64,000 bases of DNA from Flavobacteriales bacterium. GTDB lineage: Bacteria; Bacteroidota; Bacteroidia; Flavobacteriales_F; PHOS-HE28. How positions within the stretch are numbered: position 1 is the first letter of the stretch; each line of letters starts with the position of its first letter. The position numbers and the translations under genes were made by a program. Location of the stretch: positions 71,178 to 135,177 of the forward strand of contig JADKGB010000009.1 in the NCBI GenBank assembly GCA_016717225.1, written 5' to 3'. Below, piece by piece: positions 41,359-52,800 of the stretch. The notes beneath the pieces were generated by a model. The model made no database searches and had not been told where the DNA came from. It worked only from the letters and a program-made list of their open reading frames with translations.

Positions 41359-42329
41359 GTTTTCACGAACAATTCCTCACACGATCATTGAGCAAGCGGG
41401 TCTTATTGGGCGCGTCACTTGTGTCCGTGTTCTTCGTGTCGTGCGACGCCCCGAACCCTTACGAGGATGATCTGCCGACCAAGGGCCATGTGTTGATCCT
41501 TGCGGATGAAGACCTGCGTTCGCTCGTGGAGGCTGAAGAATTGGTCTTCGAAAGCATCTACACGAAAGCCGAATTGGACATTCGCTACTTGCCCGAAGCA
41601 CAGTTGCTGAAGGCCGTTTTGAACGATAGTGTGAGGTGTTGGATCGCAACCGTACAACCGGGTGGCGAGCAAGAAACGTACTATGCCAAGCGCACTGTGA
41701 GATCACATGTGGTGCCCATTTGTATGGATGGTATTGCTGTGATGGTGAACAAGAATTGCCAGCTGGATCGCTTGAGTATCGAGCAACTCAAGTCCGCGCT
41801 CACATCCCCCACGCGCTTTCAGGCCCTAGGGTGGTCTGTGGGCAATGAGGCTGGCCCATTGGAGCCTCCACTGCCTCTCTTCGTAGCTGCCGGAAGTGGT
41901 GTAGCCAGGGCACTGGTGGATTCTTTGTTCGGACAGAGTGGGGAACTCAAGATCTCCGCGTTCTCCATGCCAGATCTGAATGCATTGGTTGAACGTGTGG
42001 CCTTGGATCCCCGTGCTATCGGCATAGTCTCCTTTGCCGCGATCAGTGATCTCGATAACCCACAGATGAAGGCTATTCGTGACAAAGTGAAGTTGGTAGC
42101 CATCAGTGGGGCAGATGGTTCTGCCGCTTTTTTGCCTAGTCAAAGCACCCTCGCCGATGGCAGTTACCCCCTTCGGCGACAGGTATGCATGATACTCTGC
42201 GAAGGCAAAAGCGGTCTTGGCACCGGGTTTGTTTCCTTTGTGGCCAATCATAAAGGGCAACGCATCATACTCAAGCAAGGTCTAGCACCTCAAAAGGTCC
42301 CTCCGCGGGATGTGGAGATCGTTCCCTAA
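41355..42329 (+). CDS. PstS-family phosphate-binding-like periplasmic protein (PBP fold), the member typically found after exbBD-tonB in Bacteroidetes
   Basis: 324 aa, signal/lipoprotein-like N-terminus (VSCDAP), conserved gene context exbB-exbD-tonB-pstS-like-TPR. Confidence 0.6.
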   Translation: MSFHEQFLTRSLSKRVLLGASLVSVFFVSCDAPNPYEDDLPTKGHVLILADEDLRSLVEAEELVFESIYTKAELDIRYLPEAQLLKAVLNDSVRCWIATVQPGGEQETYYAKRTVRSHVVPICMDGIAVMVNKNCQLDRLSIEQLKSALTSPTRFQALGWSVGNEAGPLEPPLPLFVAAGSGVARALVDSLFGQSGELKISAFSMPDLNALVERVALDPRAIGIVSFAAISDLDNPQMKAIRDKVKLVAISGADGSAAFLPSQSTLADGSYPLRRQVCMILCEGKSGLGTGFVSFVANHKGQRIILKQGLAPQKVPPRDVEIVP

Positions 42330-42344
42330 TAGCCGTAAACATAG

Positions 42345-44117
42345 ATGAAGAAGTTCCTGTTCTCAAGCCGTTCTGCAGCATCCCTTTCGAAGGCGATCAT
42401 ACTGACGACCTCCTGTGCGACCGTGCTCAACGTTAGTGCGCAATCGCTTGCGGACGCTATCAAGCTTACCGACAAGGAGCAATTCGAAAAGGCGACCCTC
42501 GCGTTCAATGCCTTGCTTACGGCTGATCCACAGAACGGTGAAACCTGGTTCTACTTGGGCGAGAACTACTGGAGCAATGACCGCTCGGATAGTGCTGATT
42601 TCTGTTACAAGCGCGGGGTTGGTGTATCGCCGAAGTTTCCATTGAACGAGGTGGGTATTGGCAAAGTCATGTGGTTACGTGGTCAGGTGGTTGAAGCGCA
42701 GGCACAGTTCGATAAAGCAGTAGCCATTTCATGTGACAAGGCGAACAAGTGTTCCAAGCCCTTGCAAGCCAGTACCTACCGCGAAATAGCCGAAGCGCTT
42801 GCACAAGGCAATAGCAAGAACCTCGCGAAGGCGCTGGAGTTCGTTGCCAAGTCGCAAGAGTTCGACCCGAAGAACCCAGAAACCTTCATCCTGAAAGGCG
42901 ACATTCTCTTCGATCAAAATCCCACGGATGGCGGCACCCCGTTGGAGAACGGCTTCAAACCAGCCATCAATCTGGACCCGCTGAATGCCAAGCCTGTCGC
43001 GAGAAAGGCCTTCATGTACTATCGCGGCAAGAACTTCGCGGCATCCATTGAGGAGTATACCAAGGCCATCGCGATCGATCCTTCTTTCGCGCCAGCGTAC
43101 AGTGGCCGTGCGGAAGCCTACTTCATGGCGCGCGACTTCGAGAAGGCCACAGCTGACATGAACAAATACCTGGAGCTGAACAAGGGCAGCCAGAGCGCAC
43201 GGATCCGCAATGCGCAATTCTTGTTCCTGGTGAAGAAATACGATGAGAGCCTAACCGAGATCCAAGCACTTGAAGCGGAAGGAGTGAAGAACATTGTGCT
43301 CGTTCGTCTGAAAGCATATGACCTGACCGAGAAGGCGGATTTTGTAGCTGCTGAAGCAACAATGAAAGCCTATTTGGCCGAACAACCCGAAGCCAAGGTC
43401 ATCAGCCTCGACTATGAGTATCTGGGTAAGATCTACCAGGGCCTTGTGCCGAAACCGGTTCCTCCTACGCCTCCTGCTCCGGGTGCTGCCGCTACACCGC
43501 CCCAGGTACCCGGAATGACCATGAACTACGATTCTTTGGCTGCCGAGATGTACTTGAAGGCTGCCCGAATGGACCGCAGTAAGGGTTACCTCTTTGCCGA
43601 TGCGGCAAAGGCCTATTCGAAGGCAAAGCTTTTCGATAAGGCCATTGCTGCGATGCGGGAGAAGATCGCACAAGGCAAACCCGAGGCGAACGACTATTAT
43701 TTCTTAGGTGACGCAGCGAACAAGGGAAAGCGCTGGCTCACCGCGGATAGCGCTTGGGCAACCTATATCCAGCGAAATGGTGAAGTCTATCAGGGTTACA
43801 AATTCCGCGCGCGTGCCCAGAACAATTTGGACAGTGCGGAGGTCAAGGCCTTTACCGCAAAGCCGTTCTACGAGCAGGTATTGCTGAAGATGAAGCCCGA
43901 AGAGAAAGAGAAGTACAAGGCCGATCTGGAGGAGGCGCTCAACTATATGGGACTGTACAACTTGTACAATACGGAGGCGAAGGACCTTCCGAAGGCACGT
44001 TGTTATTTCGAAAAGGTAAAAGCGTTGAACGCGGGCACGAGCATCACCAAGCAGGTGAACGAGGTAATGCTCCTCACCAAGGACCTGAAGGATGTGGTTC
44101 CTGGAAGTTGTGATTGA
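42345..44117 (+). CDS. Tetratricopeptide-repeat protein (590 aa) with signal peptide
   Basis: Multiple W-LG-Y / A...F..A...P TPR signatures; context. Confidence 0.8.
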   Translation: MKKFLFSSRSAASLSKAIILTTSCATVLNVSAQSLADAIKLTDKEQFEKATLAFNALLTADPQNGETWFYLGENYWSNDRSDSADFCYKRGVGVSPKFPLNEVGIGKVMWLRGQVVEAQAQFDKAVAISCDKANKCSKPLQASTYREIAEALAQGNSKNLAKALEFVAKSQEFDPKNPETFILKGDILFDQNPTDGGTPLENGFKPAINLDPLNAKPVARKAFMYYRGKNFAASIEEYTKAIAIDPSFAPAYSGRAEAYFMARDFEKATADMNKYLELNKGSQSARIRNAQFLFLVKKYDESLTEIQALEAEGVKNIVLVRLKAYDLTEKADFVAAEATMKAYLAEQPEAKVISLDYEYLGKIYQGLVPKPVPPTPPAPGAAATPPQVPGMTMNYDSLAAEMYLKAARMDRSKGYLFADAAKAYSKAKLFDKAIAAMREKIAQGKPEANDYYFLGDAANKGKRWLTADSAWATYIQRNGEVYQGYKFRARAQNNLDSAEVKAFTAKPFYEQVLLKMKPEEKEKYKADLEEALNYMGLYNLYNTEAKDLPKARCYFEKVKALNAGTSITKQVNEVMLLTKDLKDVVPGSCD

Positions 44118-44216
44118 ACACGGTTGCGGGTGTTTGATCCGATCCGGTTTGTTGTAAACGATCGTTCGAAAAGCCTGCGGATCGCGTACTTCTATATTTG
44201 GACGTAACACCACCTC

Positions 44217-45008
44217 ATGTTTCTTTCCCTGCGCAAGCGCTACTCAGATTGGATCATCAAGTCCGCCTTTGAGCGGATAAGCCCCAAGCGTTTGTTGGTG
44301 CAAGCCCTGAAGGGAGATGATGTTGAATGCTCCTGTTGTGGTGGGAAGTTCCTGGCCTTCATGCCGTTCGGGACAGCGAAGAACAAACGACCGCATTGCC
44401 TTTGCCCACAGTGCGGCACTTTGCCCCGGCATCGGCTCATGTGGCTCTTTTTGAAGGAGCGCACGCAATTACTGAAGAAGCCGATGCGGCTCCTTCACAT
44501 TGCGCCGGAGACGTTCTACTTCAACACGTTCAGCAAGCACCCGTTGGTGGATTATGTGGCGGGAGACATGTTCATGCCTGGCTACAAGTATTCACCGGGC
44601 ACCATAGACCTCGACGTTACAGCGATCCAATTCCCGGACGGGAGTTTCGATGCCGTGATCTGCAGTCATGTCCTGGAGCACGTGCCAGATGACGTGAGGG
44701 GTATGCGTGAACTATGCCGAGTGCTGAAGACAGGGGGCTTCGCCATCATTCAAGTACCCATGCTACCTGGCTTGGAGCGAACGGATGAGGACACGAGCAT
44801 CACAGACCCGTTGGAACGGGAGAGGCGTTTTGGACAACACGACCATTTCAGGATCTATGGCCTCGACCTGAAGGATCGCTTGGAAAGTGCTGGATTCCTG
44901 GTGGAGGTGGTTCCGTTCTGCGACAAATTCACGAAGCAGGAAATGTTCCGATACGGTCTGCCTGCGGGAGAGGATGTCGAGGCCTATTACTACTGTGTGA
45001 AGGCCTGA
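44217..45008 (+). CDS. Class I SAM-dependent methyltransferase (Methyltransf_11-like) with N-terminal Cys4 cluster
   Basis: CSCCGG...CPQCG zinc-ribbon-like motif; LHIAPE, DAVICSHVLEHV, LKTGG SAM-MTase motifs. Confidence 0.75.
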   Translation: MFLSLRKRYSDWIIKSAFERISPKRLLVQALKGDDVECSCCGGKFLAFMPFGTAKNKRPHCLCPQCGTLPRHRLMWLFLKERTQLLKKPMRLLHIAPETFYFNTFSKHPLVDYVAGDMFMPGYKYSPGTIDLDVTAIQFPDGSFDAVICSHVLEHVPDDVRGMRELCRVLKTGGFAIIQVPMLPGLERTDEDTSITDPLERERRFGQHDHFRIYGLDLKDRLESAGFLVEVVPFCDKFTKQEMFRYGLPAGEDVEAYYYCVKA

Positions 45009-45043
45009 GTGTTCGCGTCGGATCGGCTGCACGAACCGTTCTA

Positions 45044-46981
45044 TCACCGCAGCAAAGTGACCATCCCATACTTCAGCTGCCTGTCATTGGAATCACCGTT
45101 CCACGTGGTGTATCGAACTGACCAGATATACACGCCTTCAGGCGAGCCTCCACCGTCCCAAGTAATGCTCGGTCGATCGGCAAAGAAGATCTCCTGGCCC
45201 CAGCGGTTGAATATTCGAAGCTCGTATTCATCAAGAACGCACGCACTCGACCCTAGAAAACGGTCGTTATTTCCATCTCCGTTCGGCGTGAACACGTTCG
45301 GAATGAACAGTTCACATTCACACGGTCCCAGCTCCACGATCACGGTATCCGAAACGGAACAGCCCAGGCTATCACGCACCAAAAGCCATACTTCACCGGC
45401 TTCGCGCACCAAGGCGTTCATCCCCGTTCCACCATCGTTCCAGAGGTAGCTTTCGAAGCCGGACGGACCGTGCAACTCGATCTCTTCACCTGTGCATATG
45501 GCCAAGGAGTCCTGTTCCAAAAGTGAGAATGGCTCTGCCGCGGTGATCGACACGTTCACGCTATCGCGCAGGGTATCGCAAGTGAAAATGACCATCACCG
45601 AGTAAACACCTGCTTGGTCAACAACGATGGAGCTCGAAGTCTCTCCATTAGACCATAGGAACGTGGGTGCGGGGTTTCCGAATTGGGCGGTGATCGCTAC
45701 CAGGATATTGTCCGCACACGTGGTGGTATCGTCCCAAGCGATCAGTTCCTGCGTTGGCGGTGTTTCCCGCATCCAATCATTGGACAAGCTAAGCGTGCAA
45801 TAGCCCGGCGCTATCGATACGCCGTCCAGAATGAACCCACAACCAGATCCTACGACATCGGGGAAGTTCACTTGTGCCAGTTTTTGGGCAGCATCCCACC
45901 GAGCGATGTACAATTTTCCGTCGAGGCCGAGCTGCATGCCACCGAAGTATGCCGCGTTCAATTCGCCGATCACTAACTCCGTTCCAAAGGGGTTCGACGC
46001 GTTGAGGTCGTATTGGTAAAGCGGGCTGTTCGGGTAACCGAAATTGCTCCAGTACAACACTCCGCCATTGGGGGAGAACGCCACGCCATATCCCCAACTG
46101 CTCCCACCTTGCCCAGGCTGAGTGGTGAAGATGCCGTTGGTTAAAGCGCCAGTGGAATTGTCGAAATCCAGCAACTCGAGGAAGCACAGATCGCCTGGAG
46201 AATCGTTCCACGTGCTGGCAATTCGGTCACCTGCGTACGAAACATCCATGCAGCCCAAAGCCGCTTGCGTATCGTTCGGGTTCGAATCCATCACTACTTG
46301 GCCGGCATGCGATACCACAGGCTCGGAGATACCCCCGCAGGTTACCAAGTACGCATACCACTCATCTGTTCCGAACTTCCGCGCAAGCACCCATACGTCG
46401 CGCCCGTTGGCGTGGTACGTGGCGGTGAGCTGTTCTGTTGATCCTTGAAAAAGCTGGAGGTTCTTCAGTGTAACATCTCCATAACCCCCGTTCAGCGACA
46501 TGTCGATCACGGACCAGGTCATGTGGTCGTTTCCGCTGAATTGGCCCACTTGCGATGGCACAGTAAAGAGGTAGTACAGGTTGGCATTGCCGGGGAAAGG
46601 CACGATCACCACTCCTTGGGCACTGGAAAGGTTGCCGCCCATCCCGGTGCCATTGGGCATAGGGGTGTTCGAGCGGTCATATACCGTTTCTCCATCCGTA
46701 TAGAACAAGCCCATTCCAGAGGGGTCCGAAATACTCGTGCAGCCCTCGAACGCATTGATGGCGCTACCGGTGAAGGCTGCTGGTGCGCCACCGCTGAAAG
46801 TGAGCCCCGCATTGCTGCCGAAATACCAATTGGTGTGTTGGTTCTGGGCGATGCATCTTGATGGAACGAATATGACCAAGAGTGCAGGCATCGTCAGGTG
46901 CACAAGACGGAACATGCTGCGAAGACAGGAAAATCCTGCAGAACGTTGCTCGTAGCACTCCTTGAAGCCGAACACAACCAT
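45044..46981 (-). CDS. Secreted protein with T9SS type-B sorting domain (gliding-motility-associated C-terminal domain, CHU_C)
   Basis: C-terminal FIPNVFTPNGDGNNDRF...RIFNRWGQEIF...WDG; signal peptide around MFRLVHLTMPALLVIFVPSRCIAQ. Confidence 0.75.
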   Translation of the reverse strand: MVVFGFKECYEQRSAGFSCLRSMFRLVHLTMPALLVIFVPSRCIAQNQHTNWYFGSNAGLTFSGGAPAAFTGSAINAFEGCTSISDPSGMGLFYTDGETVYDRSNTPMPNGTGMGGNLSSAQGVVIVPFPGNANLYYLFTVPSQVGQFSGNDHMTWSVIDMSLNGGYGDVTLKNLQLFQGSTEQLTATYHANGRDVWVLARKFGTDEWYAYLVTCGGISEPVVSHAGQVVMDSNPNDTQAALGCMDVSYAGDRIASTWNDSPGDLCFLELLDFDNSTGALTNGIFTTQPGQGGSSWGYGVAFSPNGGVLYWSNFGYPNSPLYQYDLNASNPFGTELVIGELNAAYFGGMQLGLDGKLYIARWDAAQKLAQVNFPDVVGSGCGFILDGVSIAPGYCTLSLSNDWMRETPPTQELIAWDDTTTCADNILVAITAQFGNPAPTFLWSNGETSSSIVVDQAGVYSVMVIFTCDTLRDSVNVSITAAEPFSLLEQDSLAICTGEEIELHGPSGFESYLWNDGGTGMNALVREAGEVWLLVRDSLGCSVSDTVIVELGPCECELFIPNVFTPNGDGNNDRFLGSSACVLDEYELRIFNRWGQEIFFADRPSITWDGGGSPEGVYIWSVRYTTWNGDSNDRQLKYGMVTLLR

Positions 46982-47113
46982 TGTGAACCGCTTGGTTGGT
47001 GACCAGTGGTTGCGCCGTTTTCAGTAACGAACGGGTTTACCCGAACGAACTTCAAGAACACAGGGCTCAGGACCCCATAGATGGCGAGAAACTATATGGG
47101 GCATCATAGCCCA

Positions 47114-47278
47114 TCATTTCCGGTCGTTCTGTAATTCAAAAATGACTTCAACCGGCTCCCCGATCGTTGTAGAACATACTATGGCGTGTACCATATCGCC
47201 ATTCAAATCGCGCGAGAGCGCCGTCGAAACAATGGTCATTCGCCGATACTCAGGCACCACATAAGGGGAGGTATGCAT
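47114..47278 (-). CDS. Small hypothetical protein (54 aa, MHTSPYVVPEYRRMTIVSTALSRDLNGDMVHAIV...). Its ATG overlaps the stop of the upstream ORF (TGATG).
   Basis: Manual translation; under the 60-aa ORF-track cutoff; coupling signature. Confidence 0.3.
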   Translation of the reverse strand: MHTSPYVVPEYRRMTIVSTALSRDLNGDMVHAIVCSTTIGEPVEVIFELQNDRK

Positions 47279-47589
47279 CAGGAAGCCTTTCGTAGATCGA
47301 TCGGCCGAACCGTGCTCACTTCGCCATCAAGCACCATGAGGATCAGGTTCTCGCCATTCACATCCGTGAGCTGTACCTGGGTTATAGGGCCTTGCACTGG
47401 ACCCGTCTTCAAGATATTGCCTTCAGGGTCGCAAATGTCGAACAAGGCTTCCTCAGACCCAGGCTCATAGTCGAACATCAGCAGTCGTTCGAGCTGGTCT
47501 ATTCGAATATGAACCTTATGAAGTGGAATTGGAGCCATATGTGATAGGTGTCGGTCGTTCAAACGTGAACGAGGTCGATTCGGTTTCAC
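47278..47589 (-). CDS. Hypothetical small protein (86-103 aa), first member of a coupled pair
   Basis: ORF in track; possible internal start MAPIPLHKVHIRIDQ... Confidence 0.35.
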   Translation of the reverse strand: MKPNRPRSRLNDRHLSHMAPIPLHKVHIRIDQLERLLMFDYEPGSEEALFDICDPEGNILKTGPVQGPITQVQLTDVNGENLILMVLDGEVSTVRPIDLRKAS

Positions 47590-47610
47590 ATGAATGATCG
47601 CGCCGCACGT

Positions 47611-47910
47611 CTAGAAATTTTGCAGGTCAACCGGCCTTATCACGCCGAACCACTTGATCACGCGCTCACCAATGCCTGGCGCGTCGACGTGGCAGATATA
47701 CGCTCCACCCGCAATTGGGACCTGGTGGAAGTTCTTCAGGTCCCAACTTGTTAGAGTGCAACTCCATGCGTTGGCCATTATTTGGGCCGAGTTCGAAGGA
47801 TGAGCGCCCTTGGTTCGTGTTGGCCCCAGGGCAAGGGCATGTAGTGCAGCAGCGGTAGAAAAAAGAAGGAGAAATGTTCTGGTCTTCGTACGGTTTACGA
47901 AGACGGTCAT
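47611..47910 (-). CDS. Hypothetical small secreted protein (99 aa)
   Basis: N-terminal hydrophobic signal-like segment FLLLFSTAAALHALALG. Confidence 0.35.
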   Translation of the reverse strand: MTVFVNRTKTRTFLLLFSTAAALHALALGPTRTKGAHPSNSAQIMANAWSCTLTSWDLKNFHQVPIAGGAYICHVDAPGIGERVIKWFGVIRPVDLQNF

Positions 47911-48188
47911 GGTGGTGGGTGTGTTAGTTCATTTGATCGGTTATCGGTTAAGGGGATGTGATCAGCGGACAAAAAGTAAATGGCTCAGTTGCCCTGGTCG
48001 TTGAAGATCCAGATGCCGCAAGAAGTGTTGAATGTGTTCATGGCAACAAGGGTTTGTTTTGAATGCAACGCCAAACTACTTGCATGCGCTGGGTGCCAAC
48101 CCTTGTGAACGAGCAACGGTGATATGGAATAAGGGAACGGAAAGCACGGGTTGTCATAACTCTTCGGGCACAACTACTTTCGACCCGC

Positions 48189-48971
48189 ATGGATACCCCA
48201 CGATTGCGCGCACTGTTGGTGGACGATGAAGAGCTGGCGCGAGAGAATCTGCGCATGATGCTCGCCGACGGCTGTCCCGAGGTGAATGTTGTTGGTACGG
48301 CGGATGGACCGAACGTCGCCCTCCGATCCATCAACGAACTGGATCCCGATCTGCTTTTTTTGGATATCCGTATGCCCAGTGGCACCGAAGGGTTGGACCT
48401 GCTGGAGGCCATGCCCGATGCACGCTTCATGGTGATCTTCGTTACCGCGTTCAAGGACTACGCCGTGCAAGCTTTCCACAGCAATGCGGTTGATTATGTC
48501 CTGAAGCCGATAGACCCCGATGAACTGCGCGCTGCGGTGGACAAGGCGTTGCGCCGTTGGGAGCTGATGCGCAACACACACGCAGAGGGTCAGCGGTATC
48601 GAGATGACCTGAACGAAGCGGTTCGCACCATCAAACAACACGGTGCCTCGCCGCGACTTGCCGTGGACCATGCAAAAGGATTCAAGCTGTTTGAGCCGCA
48701 CACCATCATTCATTTGGAAGCCGATGGTAATTGTACACTGCTGCATTTCACCGATGGAAGCCGCTACCTCGATACCCGCACGTTGAAGGTGTATGAGGAT
48801 ATGTTGGATCCGCTGCAGTTCTTGCGTGTGCATCGCTCGCACTTGATCAATGTGGAGCAATTGCGCGAATACCTGCGCGACGATGGCCATTGGGCCGTGA
48901 TGAAGGATGGAGCTCGCGTGCCCATCGCGCGGGAACGCGTGCAGGCTTTTGTTGAGGCGATGAGGGGTTGA
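48189..48971 (+). CDS. LytTR-family two-component response regulator (CheY receiver + LytTR DNA-binding domain)
   Basis: LRALLVDDEELAREN...LDIRMP (phospho-Asp), C-terminal LytTR. Confidence 0.9.
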   Translation: MDTPRLRALLVDDEELARENLRMMLADGCPEVNVVGTADGPNVALRSINELDPDLLFLDIRMPSGTEGLDLLEAMPDARFMVIFVTAFKDYAVQAFHSNAVDYVLKPIDPDELRAAVDKALRRWELMRNTHAEGQRYRDDLNEAVRTIKQHGASPRLAVDHAKGFKLFEPHTIIHLEADGNCTLLHFTDGSRYLDTRTLKVYEDMLDPLQFLRVHRSHLINVEQLREYLRDDGHWAVMKDGARVPIARERVQAFVEAMRG

Positions 48972-49080
48972 CGATCCACTATTCCATTTCAACGGCTCGC
49001 TCAGTGGTTCGCGCGGCCGATAAGATGATCGATGTCACGTGCGATCGTCCCTCTACATTACTCGCGCTAAACCCTTCACC

Positions 49081-49839
49081 ATGCCATTGCGTGCCCTGAT
49101 CGTTGATGATGAATCCGATGCCCGGGAAAACCTGCGCATCATGTTGGAGGACAACTGCCCCGAGGTGCAGGTAGTGGCGATGGCAGGCAGTGCCGAACAA
49201 GCCCGATCGATGATCGAGGAACACAAACCGCAAGTTCTTTTTCTCGATATCAAAATGCCGGGGGAGGACGGCTTCTCGCTACTGCGTTCGGTAGCACATC
49301 TCGAGCTTCCTGTGGTGTTCACAACGGCCTATGACGAGTTCGCGCTGCAAGCGTTCAAGCAGAATGCGCTCGACTATTTGGAGAAACCCATCGATCCCGA
49401 GGAGTTGAAACGGGCGGTTCGGAAACTCTCCAAGCTCACCAGCGATCCAGCTGCAGGGGCGCAACATGTGAGCGCGTTGGAAGCGTTGATGAACGACCCT
49501 GGTTCACCCTTGAGCACACGCGTAGCCGTTCCAAGTCGTGATGGCTTGGTACTGATCAAACACGAGGACATCATGTACCTTGAGGCGAGCGACAGCTACA
49601 CCACGGTCTTCACGCGCGATGGCAAACGCACCATCAGCAGCAAGCACATCCGTGTGTTCGAGACCAACCTCGATCCCAAAAAATTCTTCCGTGTGCACAA
49701 GAGCTACATCATCAATTTGGAGCACCTCAAAGGCTTCAGTCGTGGCGAAGGCAACATGGCGGTGCTGGATAGTGGCTCGCTCATTCCTGTAAGTCGCAGG
49801 CGCTTGCCCGATTTCCTTTCCATGATCAATACGTTCTGA
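49081..49839 (+). CDS. Second LytTR-family response regulator (tandem paralog)
   Basis: MPLRALIVDDESDAREN...LFLDIKMPGEDGF, C-terminal LytTR ...FFRVHKSYIINLEHL. Confidence 0.9.
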   Translation: MPLRALIVDDESDARENLRIMLEDNCPEVQVVAMAGSAEQARSMIEEHKPQVLFLDIKMPGEDGFSLLRSVAHLELPVVFTTAYDEFALQAFKQNALDYLEKPIDPEELKRAVRKLSKLTSDPAAGAQHVSALEALMNDPGSPLSTRVAVPSRDGLVLIKHEDIMYLEASDSYTTVFTRDGKRTISSKHIRVFETNLDPKKFFRVHKSYIINLEHLKGFSRGEGNMAVLDSGSLIPVSRRRLPDFLSMINTF

Positions 49840-52800
49840 TGCGTTCGTTCCGCGATCTGTGGTTCGCTCCATTTTTGTTCAGCGCTATTGCGCACGCGCA
49901 ACAATTCGGATTCACACAATACACTCCGAATGATGGTCTTGCACAGAGCCAGGTAAGGGCGATAGCGCAAGATGCGGAAGGCTACTTGTGGTTCGGAACG
50001 CTTGGTGGTGCCAGCCGGTTCGATGGACACACGTTCACGAATTATGCGTTGCAAGAAGGCTTGCCGGATGCACAAGTGAACGCAGTGTTCTGTGCCAAGG
50101 ATGGAACGGTATGGCTGGGTGCAGGTGGTTCGCTGGTCGCCTTCGAAGGGAAACGGTCGCGCACCATAACACTTCCATCGGCTGCACGCGAGGCGCGTAT
50201 TCTTTCCTTGGCCGAATTGCCGAATGGTGATCTTCTTGTGGGCACGGATGGATCCGGATTGTTGCGATGCAGTGGCGACAGCATAGTGCCGCTCCCGGGA
50301 TTCCCGTCCGATACGGCCAGCACTGTGCGGGCTCTATTGGTTCTTTCTTCCGGCGAAGTGGTCGTTGGCACACGGGCAGGTGCCTACCGTTGGAACAACA
50401 ACTCTTGCTCGGTGATCGAGCTGGGGCCGGGTGTGGAGAGTATCAGTGCGTTGGCCCGCGACAAGGAAGGAACACTTTGGTTCGGCACGTTCAGGGACGG
50501 TCTGTACGGATCGAAGAGCGACGGGTCGTTGCTCGCGTTCGATGAAAAGAACGGTTTGCTCCAGGACAACGTGCGCGCGCTATTGGTGGACGCGAAAGGA
50601 AAATTGTGGATTGGCACCAAGTTCGGCACGAACGTATTGGAGAAGGACAGATTGCGATCATTCACGGTACACCAAGGCATGCCGAACGATAATGTGTGGT
50701 GCCTGTTCGAAGATCGGGATGGGAGTGTTTGGATGGGAACCGATGGTGCTGGAGCGTTGCGATACGCCGGTGATCGATTTGTGACATGGACCGTGGCCAA
50801 TGGCTTATGCAGTGACCTGGTAATGACCATGGCTGCCGATGCCCGTGGAGATCTTTGGTTGGGCACCTATGGAAATGGAATTTGCCGAATGGATGGCATG
50901 GCCTTGCTGAGCACATCCGAGGGCTTGCGGAACAACACGATCTGGTGCGCGTTGACAGCACCCGACAGCAGTCTCTGGTTCGGCACCACGAATGGGTTGG
51001 TGCATCTGCGCAATGGCGTTGTGATACCGTTGGACAGCACACGTAGCCTGAGCGAAACGCGTGTGCTCGCCTTGCATCGTGATACGGATGGAACATTGTG
51101 GTGTGGCACTCGGGAGGGCTTGGCCATAATTCCTCCTCAAGGCCCTGTGCAATTGCTCAACAAGGACGACAGAACCCTGTTGCGTTCGGTGCGTGCGATC
51201 GTGGAGAACGAGGATGCACACCTGCTGGCTACCGACCTGGGTGTTGTGCGTATGCGCAACGGTGTTACCGAACAATGGTCCACTGCGCAGGGATTGTGCG
51301 ACAACACCATTCAGTGCTTGCTCGTGGATGCCGCCAAGCGTACCTGGATCGGAACCACCAATGGCTTGGCTTGCCACGACGGAAAGCGGCTGATCAACTT
51401 GCGGCTTGGAACAGACTTCGGATCCAACTATATCGACCTCTTGCTCGATGACGGAGCGGGTCTTATCTGGGCAGGCACGAACAATGGCTTGTTCCGTTTC
51501 GACCCGGACAGTCTGTTGCTCGATGCGGCCAATAAGGAACACTTTACCGCGGTGGACGGGATACGTGGAACAGAGTGCAACCTGAACGCGGGTTTTCGGG
51601 ACGCCCAAGGGCGCTTGTTCTTTGGCACCAACGCGGGTTTGGTTATGCACGACCCTGCCCGCGGTTCAGCTAGCGGTCCCTCACAAGGTCTTGCTGTGCG
51701 CCTTACGAACCTGCGTTCGTTCATGTTGACCACGGATTGGAGGGGCCAATGCGACAGTGTTGATACACGAACGGGGCTACCCGCTGGATTGGACCTGGTG
51801 TACCGGAAGAACCACCTCACCTTTGATTATACCGCTATCGCCTTGGCTGATGCGGATCGGGTACGGTTCCAGTATCGACTGCTCGGATTCGACCCTGATT
51901 GGCTGCCTCCCACCGACGCACGTTTCGCCAGCTATTCCAATCTGCCGCAAGGTGAATATGCGTTCCAGGTGCGCGCCTCCCGGAACGGCCATGGTTGGGG
52001 TCCGGAAACCTCTTTCCCCTTCCATATCGCGCCCCCTTATTGGTTGCGCTGGTGGTTTTTCCTGGGCTGCGCTTTTGTGATAGGATCGTTGGCTTTTGGG
52101 GTCATGCGCTTCCGATCCATTCGCCGTGCGAGGCAGGAAAAGACCCGGCAGCTCATGTTGCGCTCACGCATGTTGCAGTTGGAGCAACAAGCCTTGAACG
52201 CCAATATGAACCGGCACTTCATTTTCAATGCGCTCAACAGTATCCAGTACTACATCAATCGACAGGATCGCATGGCGGCGAACCGCTACCTCACCAGTTT
52301 CGCCAAGCTCATTCGCAAGAATCTGGACGCTAGCCGGAACGATACTACCACGCTTGCCGAAGAGTTGGAGCGGCTGGACCTGTACTTGGTGTTGGAGCAC
52401 ATGCGTTTCAAGGATAAGTTCATGTATGAAGTGATGATCGACCCGACTGTGGATACCCACCGGATCGAATTGCCCGCCATGATGCTGCAACCTTACGTGG
52501 AGAACAGCATTTGGCATGGCATCCTGCCAACGGAACGCCCTGGTACGGTCTCCATCAGGGTTTCGGCGGGTATTCCCGGGCATGTCAGGATCACCATAAT
52601 GGACGATGGGATAGGGGTTGAAACCAGCCGAGAACTCAAGAACGGTAACGGTTCCGACCACATTTCGAGGGGTATTGAGATCACCAAGGGCCGCGCCGAT
52701 GTGCTGCGGCGGCTGGGCTTATCGGACATACGGATAACAGGCCCTGAACAACTGCACGATGCCTCTGGTCAACCATCCGGCACTTCGGTCACCATCGAAC

